Shown piece after piece: positions 10,185 through 20,663 of a stretch of DNA of 64,000 nt. Position 1 is the stretch's first letter, and every line of letters starts with the position of its first letter. Source of the DNA: Meyerozyma guilliermondii (taxonomy: Eukaryota). The notes below the pieces were generated by a model. It was given only the letters and a program-made list of their open reading frames with translations. It was not told the origin of the DNA and ran no database searches. The position numbers were made by a program, and so were the translations under genes. The stretch is taken from the NCBI GenBank assembly GCA_051546255.1, contig CP128815.1, positions 868,001-932,000 of the forward strand, in the 5' to 3' direction.

Positions 10185-11135
10185 ATGGAGTTTGTCGATC
10201 CAATTGTCACACTGGACGATGTTCCAGAGACCAAAAAAGGAGGTGATACAAAAACAGACCACGCCGTACAAGCATTGGAATCCGAAATCGAGAAAGCATA
10301 TGCAGCAGTTGAAACTCGTTTTGGTTCGTTATGGTCGAATGCTGCTAAAAATGCCAATGAAATACAAGAAAAATATCAAGTTGAGGAGCATAGAAAGCAA
10401 TTGCTTGATCAGCTTAAGGTTGCCAAAGATAATCTCAACAATAAAGCCAAGGTGACAGAAACATTGGCCCAATTTGAAGAGCAGTTTAAGAAGGTACCCA
10501 TTCCTGAAGTGGACTTGAAGAAGCTTCAACTGCAAGCCAATGATGCCCTTGATGTTCTTGACTCCAAGCTTGAACTTGTGGAACAGCAAGCTGGAAAATA
10601 TGTGTCACAAATGTCTTCATTTTTCACCAATTTTGTCAGTATAGCAGCCCCACAGTCGGGTGCAAAACAGGTTGAAGATGAAACTAGTACTATATTCGTG
10701 GCTCCATCTCACCCCACTTCTGAGTATGGTACCTCAAGGTACGATAATGAGTTATTCAAGTTGCATACTACAGCTGAATATTACACAGAACCTATTTCAG
10801 ACGACAAGGCTGACACTTTTAATGCCGATTCAAAGACGAAAGAAATTGCCAAGTTGCTTGAAACTTATCCCAATACCTTGACGAAACTCATGAATGATAT
10901 AGTTCCGGTCAAAGTACCTTACAACACATTTTGGTACCGCTATTTCCACCATGAAGCTGAGCTCAAACAGGCAGAGAAGAGACGTCGTGAATTACAGAAA
11001 GAGAAAGGTGACGAAGAAGAGGAAGATGACTTTACTTGGGACGACGACGAAGAGGAAGAACAAGCGAGTTCGGAAATAAAGGGAAAACCAGTGAAGCAGG
11101 ATGCAAAATCTGAATCTGACGACGAATGGGAGTAG
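10185..11135 (+). CDS. DOS2: BSD-domain protein Dos2
   Basis: BSD motif LMNDIVPVKVPYNTFWYRYF, acidic FTWDDDEEE and terminal DDEWE. Confidence 0.85.
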   Translation: MEFVDPIVTLDDVPETKKGGDTKTDHAVQALESEIEKAYAAVETRFGSLWSNAAKNANEIQEKYQVEEHRKQLLDQLKVAKDNLNNKAKVTETLAQFEEQFKKVPIPEVDLKKLQLQANDALDVLDSKLELVEQQAGKYVSQMSSFFTNFVSIAAPQSGAKQVEDETSTIFVAPSHPTSEYGTSRYDNELFKLHTTAEYYTEPISDDKADTFNADSKTKEIAKLLETYPNTLTKLMNDIVPVKVPYNTFWYRYFHHEAELKQAEKRRRELQKEKGDEEEEDDFTWDDDEEEEQASSEIKGKPVKQDAKSESDDEWE

Positions 11136-11305
11136 GTAGTTAATTGAGTACGGAGAACTAAATCTTTAAGTTATTAAGCATTCCAATCTACTTCGTATAT
11201 TTCTTCCAAATTTCTTCCATGCTTCTCGCATTTCAATGAGCACATATCACACTTCTTGTTCAAATCATTGCATCATCTCACCCTGTTGCAGCCGGTTATC
11301 GGCTT

Positions 11306-11325
11306 TGACTCATCTTGCACGTGAC
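11306..11325. promoter_or_regulatory. Gcn4 site (TGACTCA) next to Cbf1/Pho4 E-box (CACGTGAC) upstream of PCL5
   Basis: TGACTCA 11306-11312, CACGTG 11318-11323; a further TGAGTCA at 11646-11652. Confidence 0.55.
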
Positions 11326-11756
11326 CATGAGCAGTGCCGCAAATGTGTCATGCGGCTTATCAGTCATACAATGAGTAATAATCCATTTAAAAGGAGCATG
11401 CGCGCGCCTACTAAAGTACCATAGTTTGCGATTAGTTGCGAACTCTGACTGAGGTGTTTTTGTTGTGGCGTCGTTTTTATAATCCTATCTTTTGAATTTT
11501 CAAGCTCCATTTTTTTTATCCGTGATTGTTATCGTCTTTTTTGATTATCAGTCATCTATTTTCCAGGTGTTGGTGGGTAATTTACGGTCCCGTTTACTTC
11601 TATTTGATTACTAGTGAAGCTAGGTAATCCGGTTGGCTCTTTGGTTGAGTCATTTAAATTTATTACACAGTGGTTCAGTCTATTAGTGTTTAAAAGTTCA
11701 TTTGGTTATTTTTTTTTTGTCATTTTACTATTTTCCCCGGTGTTTATAAGGTGAAG

Positions 11757-11806
11757 ATGATTCAATAGTCCTTTGACTCGTTCAAAGGCTTTACATGTGT
11801 ACTTGA
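11757..11806 (+). promoter_or_regulatory. Two 3-codon uORFs in the putative PCL5 leader
   Basis: ATG ATT CAA TAG (11757-11768) and ATG TGT ACT TGA (11795-11806). Confidence 0.55.
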
Positions 11807-11884
11807 AGAGGTTAATTTGAGTGCACCTTTCTGGGATAGATCTCAAAATCTATCATTTCATTGGTTTCCCCTTGTTATAACGAA

Positions 11885-12766
11885 ATGTCTGTTTCACCCA
11901 AATCTCCTGTGTCGGACATTTTCGACCCCGTTCCCACCCCTTCATCGTCGGAGCTTAACCATAAGCAGACTCCACCTATTTCCCCCATCAACGTGAAGTA
12001 TTATAATGATTATCTCACAAAACCACAATTCAACTTTCTTTTGGTCAATTGCTCGGTCAACTTGCTTAGAATGTTGTATCCAGAGTTGGACTTTCAAAAG
12101 TCAAAGTTGAGATTCTTCATTGTTGAAATTCTTAGAAGATCCAAAACATCAGTTCAAAGTTTGCAATTGACTTGTTTCTATCTCCTGAAGATTTTGAAAA
12201 AATCAGAAAGGGTTCTTCCTCAATGCCCAAAGAAATTCTTCTTGGGATTACTTATCATTGCTTCCAAGTTCAATCAGGATTTGAACTACCTGTTCAAGTC
12301 GTGGCTCAAGATCTGTGGTTGCAATGGTCAGTCTTCGACATCAGATTTCAACTTGAAAGTACTTAAGCAAGTCGAAGTACAATGTCTTCAACTCCTCGAT
12401 TACAATTGTTACATCAACGGCTTACAGTATGAGAATTGGTGTAACATTCTCGCTATTTTTGGCTATGACTTTATCAGATGTCACAAGTGTCTTACCCAAG
12501 AGTTGATTTGGGAAGCGCAGCCTGAGATCGTAGAGTCCAGATTGCAGAAATGGAAACTTTTTCTTTCCAAGTTGAATTTTGAAGCATTGCTTGCTGCCGA
12601 AGTTCATTTTTCCGACTATTACGTCGCTCAAATTGGTAAGAAGGTGGTTTTATCAGAAGAAGATGTGCCAACTTTGTTCTCACAGACTGGATCTAAGAGA
12701 CAATGTGGTGACGCATTTGAGTTTGAGTCTAAGAGATATAAAGTCAGTTACCATAGTGTTAACTAG
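11885..12766 (+). CDS. PCL5: Pho85 cyclin, Pcl5 type
   Basis: Cyclin box FIVEILRRSKTS..LTCFYL..KKFFLGLLIIASKFNQD..KSWLKICG; ATG at 11885 (track start is TTG). Confidence 0.75.
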   Translation: MSVSPKSPVSDIFDPVPTPSSSELNHKQTPPISPINVKYYNDYLTKPQFNFLLVNCSVNLLRMLYPELDFQKSKLRFFIVEILRRSKTSVQSLQLTCFYLLKILKKSERVLPQCPKKFFLGLLIIASKFNQDLNYLFKSWLKICGCNGQSSTSDFNLKVLKQVEVQCLQLLDYNCYINGLQYENWCNILAIFGYDFIRCHKCLTQELIWEAQPEIVESRLQKWKLFLSKLNFEALLAAEVHFSDYYVAQIGKKVVLSEEDVPTLFSQTGSKRQCGDAFEFESKRYKVSYHSVN

Positions 12767-12813
12767 CATATATTTATGTACAACTCACACTCCATTCTCA
12801 AGTGTAGCTAGAT

Positions 12814-14238
12814 CTATATTATGTACAAGCAACCATCAGACCCCCATTTACCTTTCACGTTAAGTGGCATGAACCCATCCGAATTACGTTCTGCTTTATC
12901 TGACTCAATACTGAAGGTAGTCTTACCAATAATAAAGCCTCTTACGTTGATAACTCCGTTCTTGGTTTCATCCATATCTGTGAGCTTGTACTCCAAGGAC
13001 TGAGATAAACAACCAGACGCTTTTATGGCAAATGGAAAATCTCGATAGTCAAAAAGATCGCTGGCTAGGACGGGGCCAGCAATATTGTGGTAACCAAATT
13101 CTAAAATGAGTCTTGAGTTTAAGGCCCTATAATTGTTTAGCTCCTGCGTTCGAACTGAAATATTGCTATTGAGTGATGATTGCACATAAGTGAGTTTCAT
13201 AGTTTTCTTAATAGGAAGATATATTCCATGGGAAAGGAAATACCTTCCAAATCTTGCAGCCATTTTTTCTTTGAGAGAAAATTTTGGTGAAAGAGTCTTC
13301 CATTTTGGTAGAGATATGGTCAATATAGTTGGTTTGAAAGCAAGAAGTTTCGTCCAGGAGTCTGGATTAGCAACCACAACATTCGTGGGATATATAAACA
13401 GGGATAGGATCTTGACGATGTGGGCCAAAGTGTACTCCATGGAGGAGAAATCATCAACGACCAAAAGACGATCACTACTATCAAATGTGAAGTCAGCAGG
13501 AAGATGCTTAAGGGTGGATGCAATAGCACTTATGACATTGGCTTGCGTGAACTCTGTGGTTGCGGAAACATGAGGATTAAGCTTATAATGCCATTTGAGA
13601 CAAATACCCTTGTCTTTACTAGGATGGTACGGATTAGCAAAACGAGTAGAACATTCTAGTTCCAGCGGTTTGAAAGGCAATGTTACCGTTTCAGCTCCTT
13701 TATGGAATGCTCCTTTGGAGAAAACCCATCCTTTTTTGCCATTCGTACCGGGACCGTATACGTTGACTGGTATTTGGCCCACAAGACAACTAATGAAAAC
13801 AATAAAGTTTTCAAGTGAAAATAGCTCAAAATGATCCATACTCGCCTCCTCAATGCCTAGTTTAGTCAAAATTCCACGAACCTTTTCCACTCCATCATTC
13901 AATTGATCTCGTGTGATCTCAACGCCATTCATCTTCACCTTTGATTTCGGAGACGACATGGCAATTTCCCAAACATCGTTCAAGTTCCCGTTTCGAATCT
14001 TGTAGTGGTCATACCGAATGTTGAGTCCCAAGCGAAGACCACTCAGATAATCCAACTTATTCGACTTGTAAATAGGCGACTCAGAAGGGTTCCGCACAGT
14101 GTCCACCACCAGCTGCTGAGTTAAATAAACATCGCTAGCATCTCTGAATGAATTGAGTATTCGTAGCCATACATAGCGAGCCACCAATATAGCTAAAAGA
14201 TGATAAACCACCTGTTCTGTTGTAAGTGACATACCCAT
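12814..14238 (-). CDS. YHR045W-like ER membrane protein (degenerate AMP-binding/acyl-CoA synthetase-like fold)
   Basis: N-terminal TM, YKIRNGNLNDVW, GPVLASDLFDYR, VRGFIIGK, C-terminal GFMPL..GKWGSDGCLYII as in yeast Yhr045w. Confidence 0.75.
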   Translation of the reverse strand: MGMSLTTEQVVYHLLAILVARYVWLRILNSFRDASDVYLTQQLVVDTVRNPSESPIYKSNKLDYLSGLRLGLNIRYDHYKIRNGNLNDVWEIAMSSPKSKVKMNGVEITRDQLNDGVEKVRGILTKLGIEEASMDHFELFSLENFIVFISCLVGQIPVNVYGPGTNGKKGWVFSKGAFHKGAETVTLPFKPLELECSTRFANPYHPSKDKGICLKWHYKLNPHVSATTEFTQANVISAIASTLKHLPADFTFDSSDRLLVVDDFSSMEYTLAHIVKILSLFIYPTNVVVANPDSWTKLLAFKPTILTISLPKWKTLSPKFSLKEKMAARFGRYFLSHGIYLPIKKTMKLTYVQSSLNSNISVRTQELNNYRALNSRLILEFGYHNIAGPVLASDLFDYRDFPFAIKASGCLSQSLEYKLTDMDETKNGVINVRGFIIGKTTFSIESDKAERNSDGFMPLNVKGKWGSDGCLYII

Positions 14239-14392
14239 ATGGTTATCTTGTTTCCTCTGGTGGTGCAGTGGGTGCAACGACTAGAGAATGCGCTCCTCGG
14301 CGTCGAGTCTGAATTCCGATCTAAAAATCAACTTGCGCGGCACGTGCACAGTGGTGTGCCATTTATAGCAGTTTTGTCTTGGTAGCGGTGGT

Positions 14393-15883
14393 ATGAGACC
14401 ACGGACTATGCTCAAATTTCGAAGTATTCACCACGTCATCGTCTTGATACTCGTGGCGTGGGCCATAGTCTTTGCCTACCATGAACGTTATTCTCCATAT
14501 AAGGCAGCAGCACGATGTCAGTGGCCGCAAATAAATGTCGAGTCTTCGGCCGAGCAGCAACAGCCAGTGGTTATAGATGACCAGAATCCCGACTCGGTCG
14601 CCAGTAACGACGTTATCAACATCATGTTGGTCGCAGATCCTCAACTCATCGATAGCCATACTTATCCTGGACGAAACAAATTGTTGCTCAAGCTCTCTCA
14701 ACACACGGTAGATGTGTATTTGAAGAAAAATTACAAGGCAATGTTGCGGGCACTTAATCCCTCCTATGTATTCTTCTTGGGAGACTATTTGGACAACGGC
14801 AGACTGTCCACGGACAAATATTTTCGAGGACAACTCGAACGATTCAATTCTATTTTCAAGCGAAAAAAGTACAAGAAGGGAAAAAAATGGATGATAAATT
14901 TACCAGGAAACCACGATATCGGCTGGGCCGATGGGGTCAAGATTCCATCCCGCAAGCGCTTCAAAAAGTACTTTGGAAATCCCAACTCTGTCAAGGTGAT
15001 CAACAATGTTGAGTTCATCTCGTTGGATACCATTTCTCTTTCGGCTATGGAAGAATCCATCTACGGTCCAGCTCGCGAGTTTTTCGATACCAACTTTGGA
15101 ACTTCGATAGTCAAGACGAAGCCTCGGGTTTTATTTACCCACGTACCTCTTTACAGAGATCCTAATGAACTTACATGTGGACCCCTTCGAGAGAGCTCGG
15201 TATTCCACACCTCCAAAGGCTATCAATACCAGCTGGTTCTCTCTCCAGAATTGTCCAGCGACATCCTTAATCGAATAAAGCCCGATTTGATTTTCTCTGG
15301 CGATGATCACGATTATTGTGATGTTAACCATCCGTCACCTTCTGGAGAGAATGAAACTTTTCGTGAAATAACCGTCAAGTCGATTAGTATGGCGATGGGT
15401 ATTAAGTACCCAGCTATTCAAATTCTTTCGTTTGCCAATAGCGGCAACGATAACGATTACAACATTCAAAATCAATTCAAATATGAGACAAACCTATGTT
15501 ACTTGCCCACACCATACATTAATATTGCATGCTATGTCGTCACCGCAGTTGTGTCTGGACTCGTTCTTCTTTGGTACGACCTTTCGCGCAAACATCCTCG
15601 CCACGGATATGCGACACTCCCACTCGCGGGTCAACCGTCTACAGTCTCTACAACTCGAAGAATCTCCGATTTTTTGAAGGAACAAGATGAAGCAAAAGAG
15701 GTCGTTATGAGCTCGATTCCCAACTATACAAATACCAAAGTGCCGCAAGAATCCATGGCAGAAAAAATGAAGGAATTAGGTGCAATGCTTAAGAGGACAG
15801 GATTAGTGCAATTTTTGAAACATGCCGCAATCACTGGCATGCTTGTCATACTATTGTACACTTGGTTCATTGTTACAGCTTAG
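14393..15883 (+). CDS. CDC1: Metallophosphoesterase Cdc1 (GPI-anchor remodelling)
   Basis: ADPQLID, FLGDYLDNG, PGNHDIG, THVPLYR, FSGDDHDYC, TVKSISM; N- and C-terminal TMs. Confidence 0.9.
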   Translation: MRPRTMLKFRSIHHVIVLILVAWAIVFAYHERYSPYKAAARCQWPQINVESSAEQQQPVVIDDQNPDSVASNDVINIMLVADPQLIDSHTYPGRNKLLLKLSQHTVDVYLKKNYKAMLRALNPSYVFFLGDYLDNGRLSTDKYFRGQLERFNSIFKRKKYKKGKKWMINLPGNHDIGWADGVKIPSRKRFKKYFGNPNSVKVINNVEFISLDTISLSAMEESIYGPAREFFDTNFGTSIVKTKPRVLFTHVPLYRDPNELTCGPLRESSVFHTSKGYQYQLVLSPELSSDILNRIKPDLIFSGDDHDYCDVNHPSPSGENETFREITVKSISMAMGIKYPAIQILSFANSGNDNDYNIQNQFKYETNLCYLPTPYINIACYVVTAVVSGLVLLWYDLSRKHPRHGYATLPLAGQPSTVSTTRRISDFLKEQDEAKEVVMSSIPNYTNTKVPQESMAEKMKELGAMLKRTGLVQFLKHAAITGMLVILLYTWFIVTA

Positions 15884-15975
15884 GTCCTGCAGACAGCAAC
15901 AAAAATGTGGTGATAACGCTGCGGCTGCAAAATTGATTTATTACACAAGGGCCATATTTCCACCACTTGCTCAAC

Positions 15976-17265
15976 ATGGGTTGTGGGTATAGTTCTCCCA
16001 TAGACGACAATGATCCATATTATCACGACAAACGTATCAATGATGCCATTGAGCAGGGTCTCAATTTTCGGCGGGCAAATGAAAAGGATAAAATGCGGCT
16101 ATTGCTTTTGGGAGCAGGAGAAAGTGGAAAATCCACAGTGTTAAAGCAGCTCAAATTGATGCACAAGGGTGGGTTTACACAGCAGGAAAGGCTACAGTAC
16201 TCCCAGATCATTTGGGCCGATGTAATCCAGTCAATGAAGATTTTGATAGTGCAGGCTCGAAAGCTCAAGATTGCGTTGGAGTGCGATAAGGATGATAGTC
16301 CTTTGCTAAAATGTAAACATATAGTATTACAGGCCAATGCATTGGGCCAAATCGATACTGGTGCCGCAGGGGGAGTCAACTTTTTGAGTGATTATGTTCT
16401 CAAGTACGGTGAACGTTATAACAGAAAACGCAAAATGCAAAGTACTGGCTTGGCACTTGGCATGGTTGGAATTGGTTTGAACACATTAGAAGACCAGGGG
16501 GAAGAAGTGCTCGATGACGTGGATGTTCCTCTTCTTAACGCAAATCAGCAATACAGTAGGTTTGAAATAGCCGATGCAATTAGGCGGTTGTGGGAAGAAG
16601 ATTCCGGTATCAAACGCTGTTTTGATCGGTCAAATGAGTTCCAGTTGGAGACCAGTGTGGTTTATTACTTCAATAACATCTACAATTTTGCCGATCCCAA
16701 CTACCAGTGTAATGATCAGGATATCTTAAATGGTAGGGTGAAAACTACTGGTATTACCGAAACAGACTTTGTGATAAATTCATTCAAATTTCAGATTCTC
16801 GACGCTGGTGGCCAGCGACTGGAAAGAAGAAAATGGATCAACTGTTTTGAAAACGTTACTGCAATTCTTTTTGTGGTGGCAGTTTCGGAGTATGATCAAG
16901 TCCTTTTTGAAGATGAGAGGGTGAACCGTATGCGAGAATCGATAGTTCTCTTTGATACCTTGTGCAATTCGCAATGGTTTTCTAATACCCCATTTATTCT
17001 CTTTATGAACAAAATTGATATTTTTGAACGCAAAATTACCAAATCTCCCATCAGGAGACATTTTGCTGATTATAGTGGTCCACCAGACAGTTATGAAGAT
17101 GGAATCAAGTACTTTGAGCAAACATTTCTCAACTTGAATCGAACAAAGCGTCCCATTTATGTGCATCGAACGTGTGCTACCGATATCAATTCAATGAAAT
17201 TTGTACTTTCAGCGGTAACTGATATGATTGTCCAACAAAATCTCAAAAAGAGTGGTCTCTTATAG
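15976..17265 (+). CDS. GPA1: Heterotrimeric G-protein alpha subunit (mating pathway)
   Basis: MGCGYS lipidation start at 15976, GAGESGKST, DAGGQR(S)ERRKW, NKID, TCATD, NLKKSGLL end. Confidence 0.93.
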   Translation: MGCGYSSPIDDNDPYYHDKRINDAIEQGLNFRRANEKDKMRLLLLGAGESGKSTVLKQLKLMHKGGFTQQERLQYSQIIWADVIQSMKILIVQARKLKIALECDKDDSPLLKCKHIVLQANALGQIDTGAAGGVNFLSDYVLKYGERYNRKRKMQSTGLALGMVGIGLNTLEDQGEEVLDDVDVPLLNANQQYSRFEIADAIRRLWEEDSGIKRCFDRSNEFQLETSVVYYFNNIYNFADPNYQCNDQDILNGRVKTTGITETDFVINSFKFQILDAGGQRLERRKWINCFENVTAILFVVAVSEYDQVLFEDERVNRMRESIVLFDTLCNSQWFSNTPFILFMNKIDIFERKITKSPIRRHFADYSGPPDSYEDGIKYFEQTFLNLNRTKRPIYVHRTCATDINSMKFVLSAVTDMIVQQNLKKSGLL

Positions 17266-17329
17266 GGTTATATTCGTAGACAATATATTATTTTCTGACT
17301 ATTTATGTCTAATGATGCAGTGAGAAAGC

Positions 17330-18667
17330 TTACCATCTCATCATGGCCATTCCGTTTCTCCACCTGTTGTAGTCCATCAAACCTTCGATCTGTCCAGTAC
17401 CGGAGATGACGATGTCCTTGTCCCACAAAGTGGCTTGGGCCCACGACTTGACATGCTTGGTCTCGATAGCATCGATCTTTTCCAAAGCTTCAGATAATGA
17501 GCTTCTGTAGCCAGCCAACAACACCTTGGAAGCAATGTCGGAAGCGATAGCCTTACTCGAGTTCAATTCACTCAACAAAGCGGTCTTAACGGCAGCCTTA
17601 CCACGAGCAACCTCGGCGTCGGAGATTGAAGTGGACAATCTGTTCCATTCCTTCAAGGTGAAATGGACAAATTCATCAAGCGAAGTAACGTTAGAGACTT
17701 CAGCATTGAAACCCCACAAACCAGTGTCCGAGTAAGAGGTGGAAAAGTGGGTGTATTTGTCCACAATGTGATACTCTTGAACTCTCGAAGCCAATTTGGC
17801 GGAGGTGTACGAAGCCACAGGAGAGTGATGGTCGAAGTCTCCGAAAATGGCAGCGGCAACCTTGGCAACGTAGTAAGCTGGGGAGGTAATACCCTCACCT
17901 TGAACAGCGAGAGAAACGTAAGCCTTTGGCAAAGTATCGTCTCTCATCTTGACCTCAGAACCCAAGAAGGAGGCAGGCTTGACTTGTGGCTTCAATCCTT
18001 GCTTGATGTTGACGGAGGATTCGAGAGCATCCACCAATTCGTCGTGGTTGATGTTACCGGAAGCAGCAATCACCACGTTCGAACCTACAAGATGTCTGTC
18101 CAAGAAACGCTCGGAATCCTGGGTTTCCAAACCAGAGATCGACTCGGTGGTTCCCAAGGTTGGTAAAGCCAAAGAGTAACCTTGGAAAGCAGTAGCGTTC
18201 AAATGTTCCAATACCATCTTGGAAGGAGTAGCTTCAAGTTTAGCAGCCTCAGCAATCAAAGCGGCTTTCACAGCACCAGCATCGGCACTTCCGATCACAC
18301 TGGAAGCAGAAGAGGCGATTTCACCAATAGCTTTGGCGGCCTCCTTGGCATTGTCATTGGTGGTTTGTGCAATAACTCCGTTGAATTCTTTACCATTTTC
18401 ACTGCTGAAAAGAATGCCATTGGCACTCTTGGTGGCCAATAAGTTGGTGGTCAATGCAGAAACACCATTGCTGTATGGATGTTCCGATCTAGAACCTCCA
18501 GTGTACCATAAACCAAGAGTAGCACTTTCGGCATGAGGATTGGATTCGGTAGCCACGGTGACTCCATTCGATAAAGTTGCATATTTGGTCTGACTGTTTG
18601 CAGTAGACACGAAACGGCGAGCAGCCAAGGACTTGACAGCACTACGAACACCTGATCCACGAATCAT
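17330..18667 (-). CDS. COR1: Cytochrome bc1 core subunit 1 (M16 family, no HXXEH)
   Basis: Presequence MIRGSGVRS.., LSNGVTVATE, GGSRSE, SYSDTGLWG, LWDKDIVISGTGQIEGL, MAMMRW end. Confidence 0.93.
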   Translation of the reverse strand: MIRGSGVRSAVKSLAARRFVSTANSQTKYATLSNGVTVATESNPHAESATLGLWYTGGSRSEHPYSNGVSALTTNLLATKSANGILFSSENGKEFNGVIAQTTNDNAKEAAKAIGEIASSASSVIGSADAGAVKAALIAEAAKLEATPSKMVLEHLNATAFQGYSLALPTLGTTESISGLETQDSERFLDRHLVGSNVVIAASGNINHDELVDALESSVNIKQGLKPQVKPASFLGSEVKMRDDTLPKAYVSLAVQGEGITSPAYYVAKVAAAIFGDFDHHSPVASYTSAKLASRVQEYHIVDKYTHFSTSYSDTGLWGFNAEVSNVTSLDEFVHFTLKEWNRLSTSISDAEVARGKAAVKTALLSELNSSKAIASDIASKVLLAGYRSSLSEALEKIDAIETKHVKSWAQATLWDKDIVISGTGQIEGLMDYNRWRNGMAMMRW

Positions 18668-19060
18668 AATTAAACGTCTGTGTATGGTTGGATGGTTTGA
18701 AAATTTGAGAAGTTGTGCGACTTGGGTTTTGACCAATCAGAGAGCGTGGAATGGGAAGGGCCACATATTGAGATTTGGGTGGGAGGTAGTGGGGGGTATA
18801 TAGCTGCAAATGACGCAAAACGGCTCGAATGAGCCATAAGTCGCTTGAAACAGTTGTAAAAGTATATTTCTTATGGTACTGCAGGTAAGCCACCTTCTGT
18901 CAATGCCCAGCATGAATAAACTACAATTTCAAGCAGATTGAATAGATGTTGTTGACTAGTTAAAGGTAGTTTTGGTTATCAAGCTTACTGATTTTACCTC
19001 TACTTTGTTTTTGAGCTGTTTAGAATCTGGCAATAATTCAATCTCGCACCACTTACTCTC

Positions 19061-19822
19061 CTATTTCTGGCTCTCCATATCGGACTCAACTTCATTGTAA
19101 AGAGACAAAATACCATAGTAGGCGCTCTTTCGAGACAGTACCGAGTTGAATGGTTCATTTTGAAGCTTTCTGGCGGTTTTTTGTGGCAGGTCAGAATGGC
19201 TGCAAATTGCCTTTGCAGCAGTCAAGTCGGCCGCCAAGTTGATGTATGAGTCTCTCAGCTGAGGGACATCAATTCCGACGGAGATCCTGGCAGCGGAAAG
19301 AGAAGCGTCATTGAGAATGCTTTTCCATGCCAATTTTTCATGATCTTCGCTCACATTCACATTAACTGCCATTGGTTGTGATTCCAAGACACCAATCAAG
19401 GCATCTGATTCCAACACTTCTTCCTTCTTTCCATCCTCCTTGACATGCTCTACATTCTCCTTGGTCACAACTGGCATTAGAGCAGCAAATTTTCCTAGCA
19501 TTGAGGTAATATTCCACTTATTTTCAGTTGCAATTACATTCGGAACCATCACCGAATGAGCATCCATATTACTCTGGGAGTCAAAGAAATCCACCTGTTC
19601 CTTGTTTTCGGTCTCTTCTGGCACTTTGAGAAACTCTCCTGGCGAATGCAAGTATTTATCGTGTGGTTCAGTCCGAAGGGTAATAAGCGGTTGATTTTGA
19701 AGCTTGGTATGAATCACTCGAGAATTCTTGGAATTAGTGTAATACCGTTGCTTATAGTCAGCAATTGCAAAGCGAACATTGAACCGAACCTGGCGGTATT
19801 TTAGCTTCAAAGCATCCAGCAT
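19061..19822 (-). CDS. Hypothetical protein, 253 aa, no family recognised
   Basis: Long ATG-initiated ORF filling the gap between COR1 and RSM7, A-rich start context. Confidence 0.65.
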   Translation of the reverse strand: MLDALKLKYRQVRFNVRFAIADYKQRYYTNSKNSRVIHTKLQNQPLITLRTEPHDKYLHSPGEFLKVPEETENKEQVDFFDSQSNMDAHSVMVPNVIATENKWNITSMLGKFAALMPVVTKENVEHVKEDGKKEEVLESDALIGVLESQPMAVNVNVSEDHEKLAWKSILNDASLSAARISVGIDVPQLRDSYINLAADLTAAKAICSHSDLPQKTARKLQNEPFNSVLSRKSAYYGILSLYNEVESDMESQK

Positions 19823-19889
19823 GGTTTTATGTATGTCTGTGTTTTTTTATTTGTATATGCCACAAACACTATGTACAAGTTGGTGGCTC

Positions 19890-20663
19890 TCACAATCTGA
19901 TGTAAGCCCTGTGTGCAATGGACGATTTATGCATCTGTGCCTTCCTATCATATCCAGAAGACTTGCCCTCAAAGGCAGAAAGGATTTCTTCGGCCAATCT
20001 TACCGAATAATCTGACGATTTCTTCTTGTCAGCACCTTCCAAGATCCAAGTAATCGCATACCGATTGCGTTGTCTTTGATTTAAAGGATAGGGAACGGTT
20101 CTATTCTTGGCAGCTCCAGTCTTTTCGACTTTGGTGCTCATAAGTGGACCAAGTTTGTCCAAAGTCTCTGCAAGAACTTGCATTGGATCTCTTCTCGTTT
20201 TCAAGTAAACGATATATAATGCTTGAGAAAGTATTTTATGAGCCTTTGACTTCTTTCCGTGTCTCATGATAAGGTTGGTGAAATTTTCAATCATAGGATC
20301 TTTGGGCAAAGGTACTTTTTTATTGGCAAATGCTTCGACTTCCGCCAACTGCTCGGCGGTTGGCTCGAACTTTTCTTGTAAAAAAGGTTCTGGTTGTGCT
20401 AGTTGGGATATGAAAACCTCCAGTTCGTTGGAGGCTCCGCCTGTACCATTCTTGCGCATTTGTTTGACTGCGTTCAACCACTCATCAACATCTGACTCGG
20501 TGATATTCTCTTTATGCAATGGAAAGACTTGGGCAGTTAAACTAATATTGGATGTCTTTTCGGCTGTTTTGGACGAGTTGAACCTCAAGCTCGTAGCTAT
20601 GGTTCCGGCCAAACCACGAGGCGTTGTTGGGTGCAACTGGACTTGCCGAAGCAAGCTTTTCAT
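19890..20663 (-). CDS. RSM7: Mitochondrial ribosomal protein uS7m
   Basis: FTNLIMRHGKKSKA, VPYPLNQRQRNRYAITWI, RLAEEIL, HKSSIAHRAY; start ATG at 20663 or 20675. Confidence 0.93.
   Translation of the reverse strand: MKSLLRQVQLHPTTPRGLAGTIATSLRFNSSKTAEKTSNISLTAQVFPLHKENITESDVDEWLNAVKQMRKNGTGGASNELEVFISQLAQPEPFLQEKFEPTAEQLAEVEAFANKKVPLPKDPMIENFTNLIMRHGKKSKAHKILSQALYIVYLKTRRDPMQVLAETLDKLGPLMSTKVEKTGAAKNRTVPYPLNQRQRNRYAITWILEGADKKKSSDYSVRLAEEILSAFEGKSSGYDRKAQMHKSSIAHRAYIRL

Noticed and set aside
17526..18536. Several antisense ORFs (up to 167 aa) over COR1
   Set aside because: Expected shadows of a strongly codon-biased gene, with non-ATG starts and no motifs.
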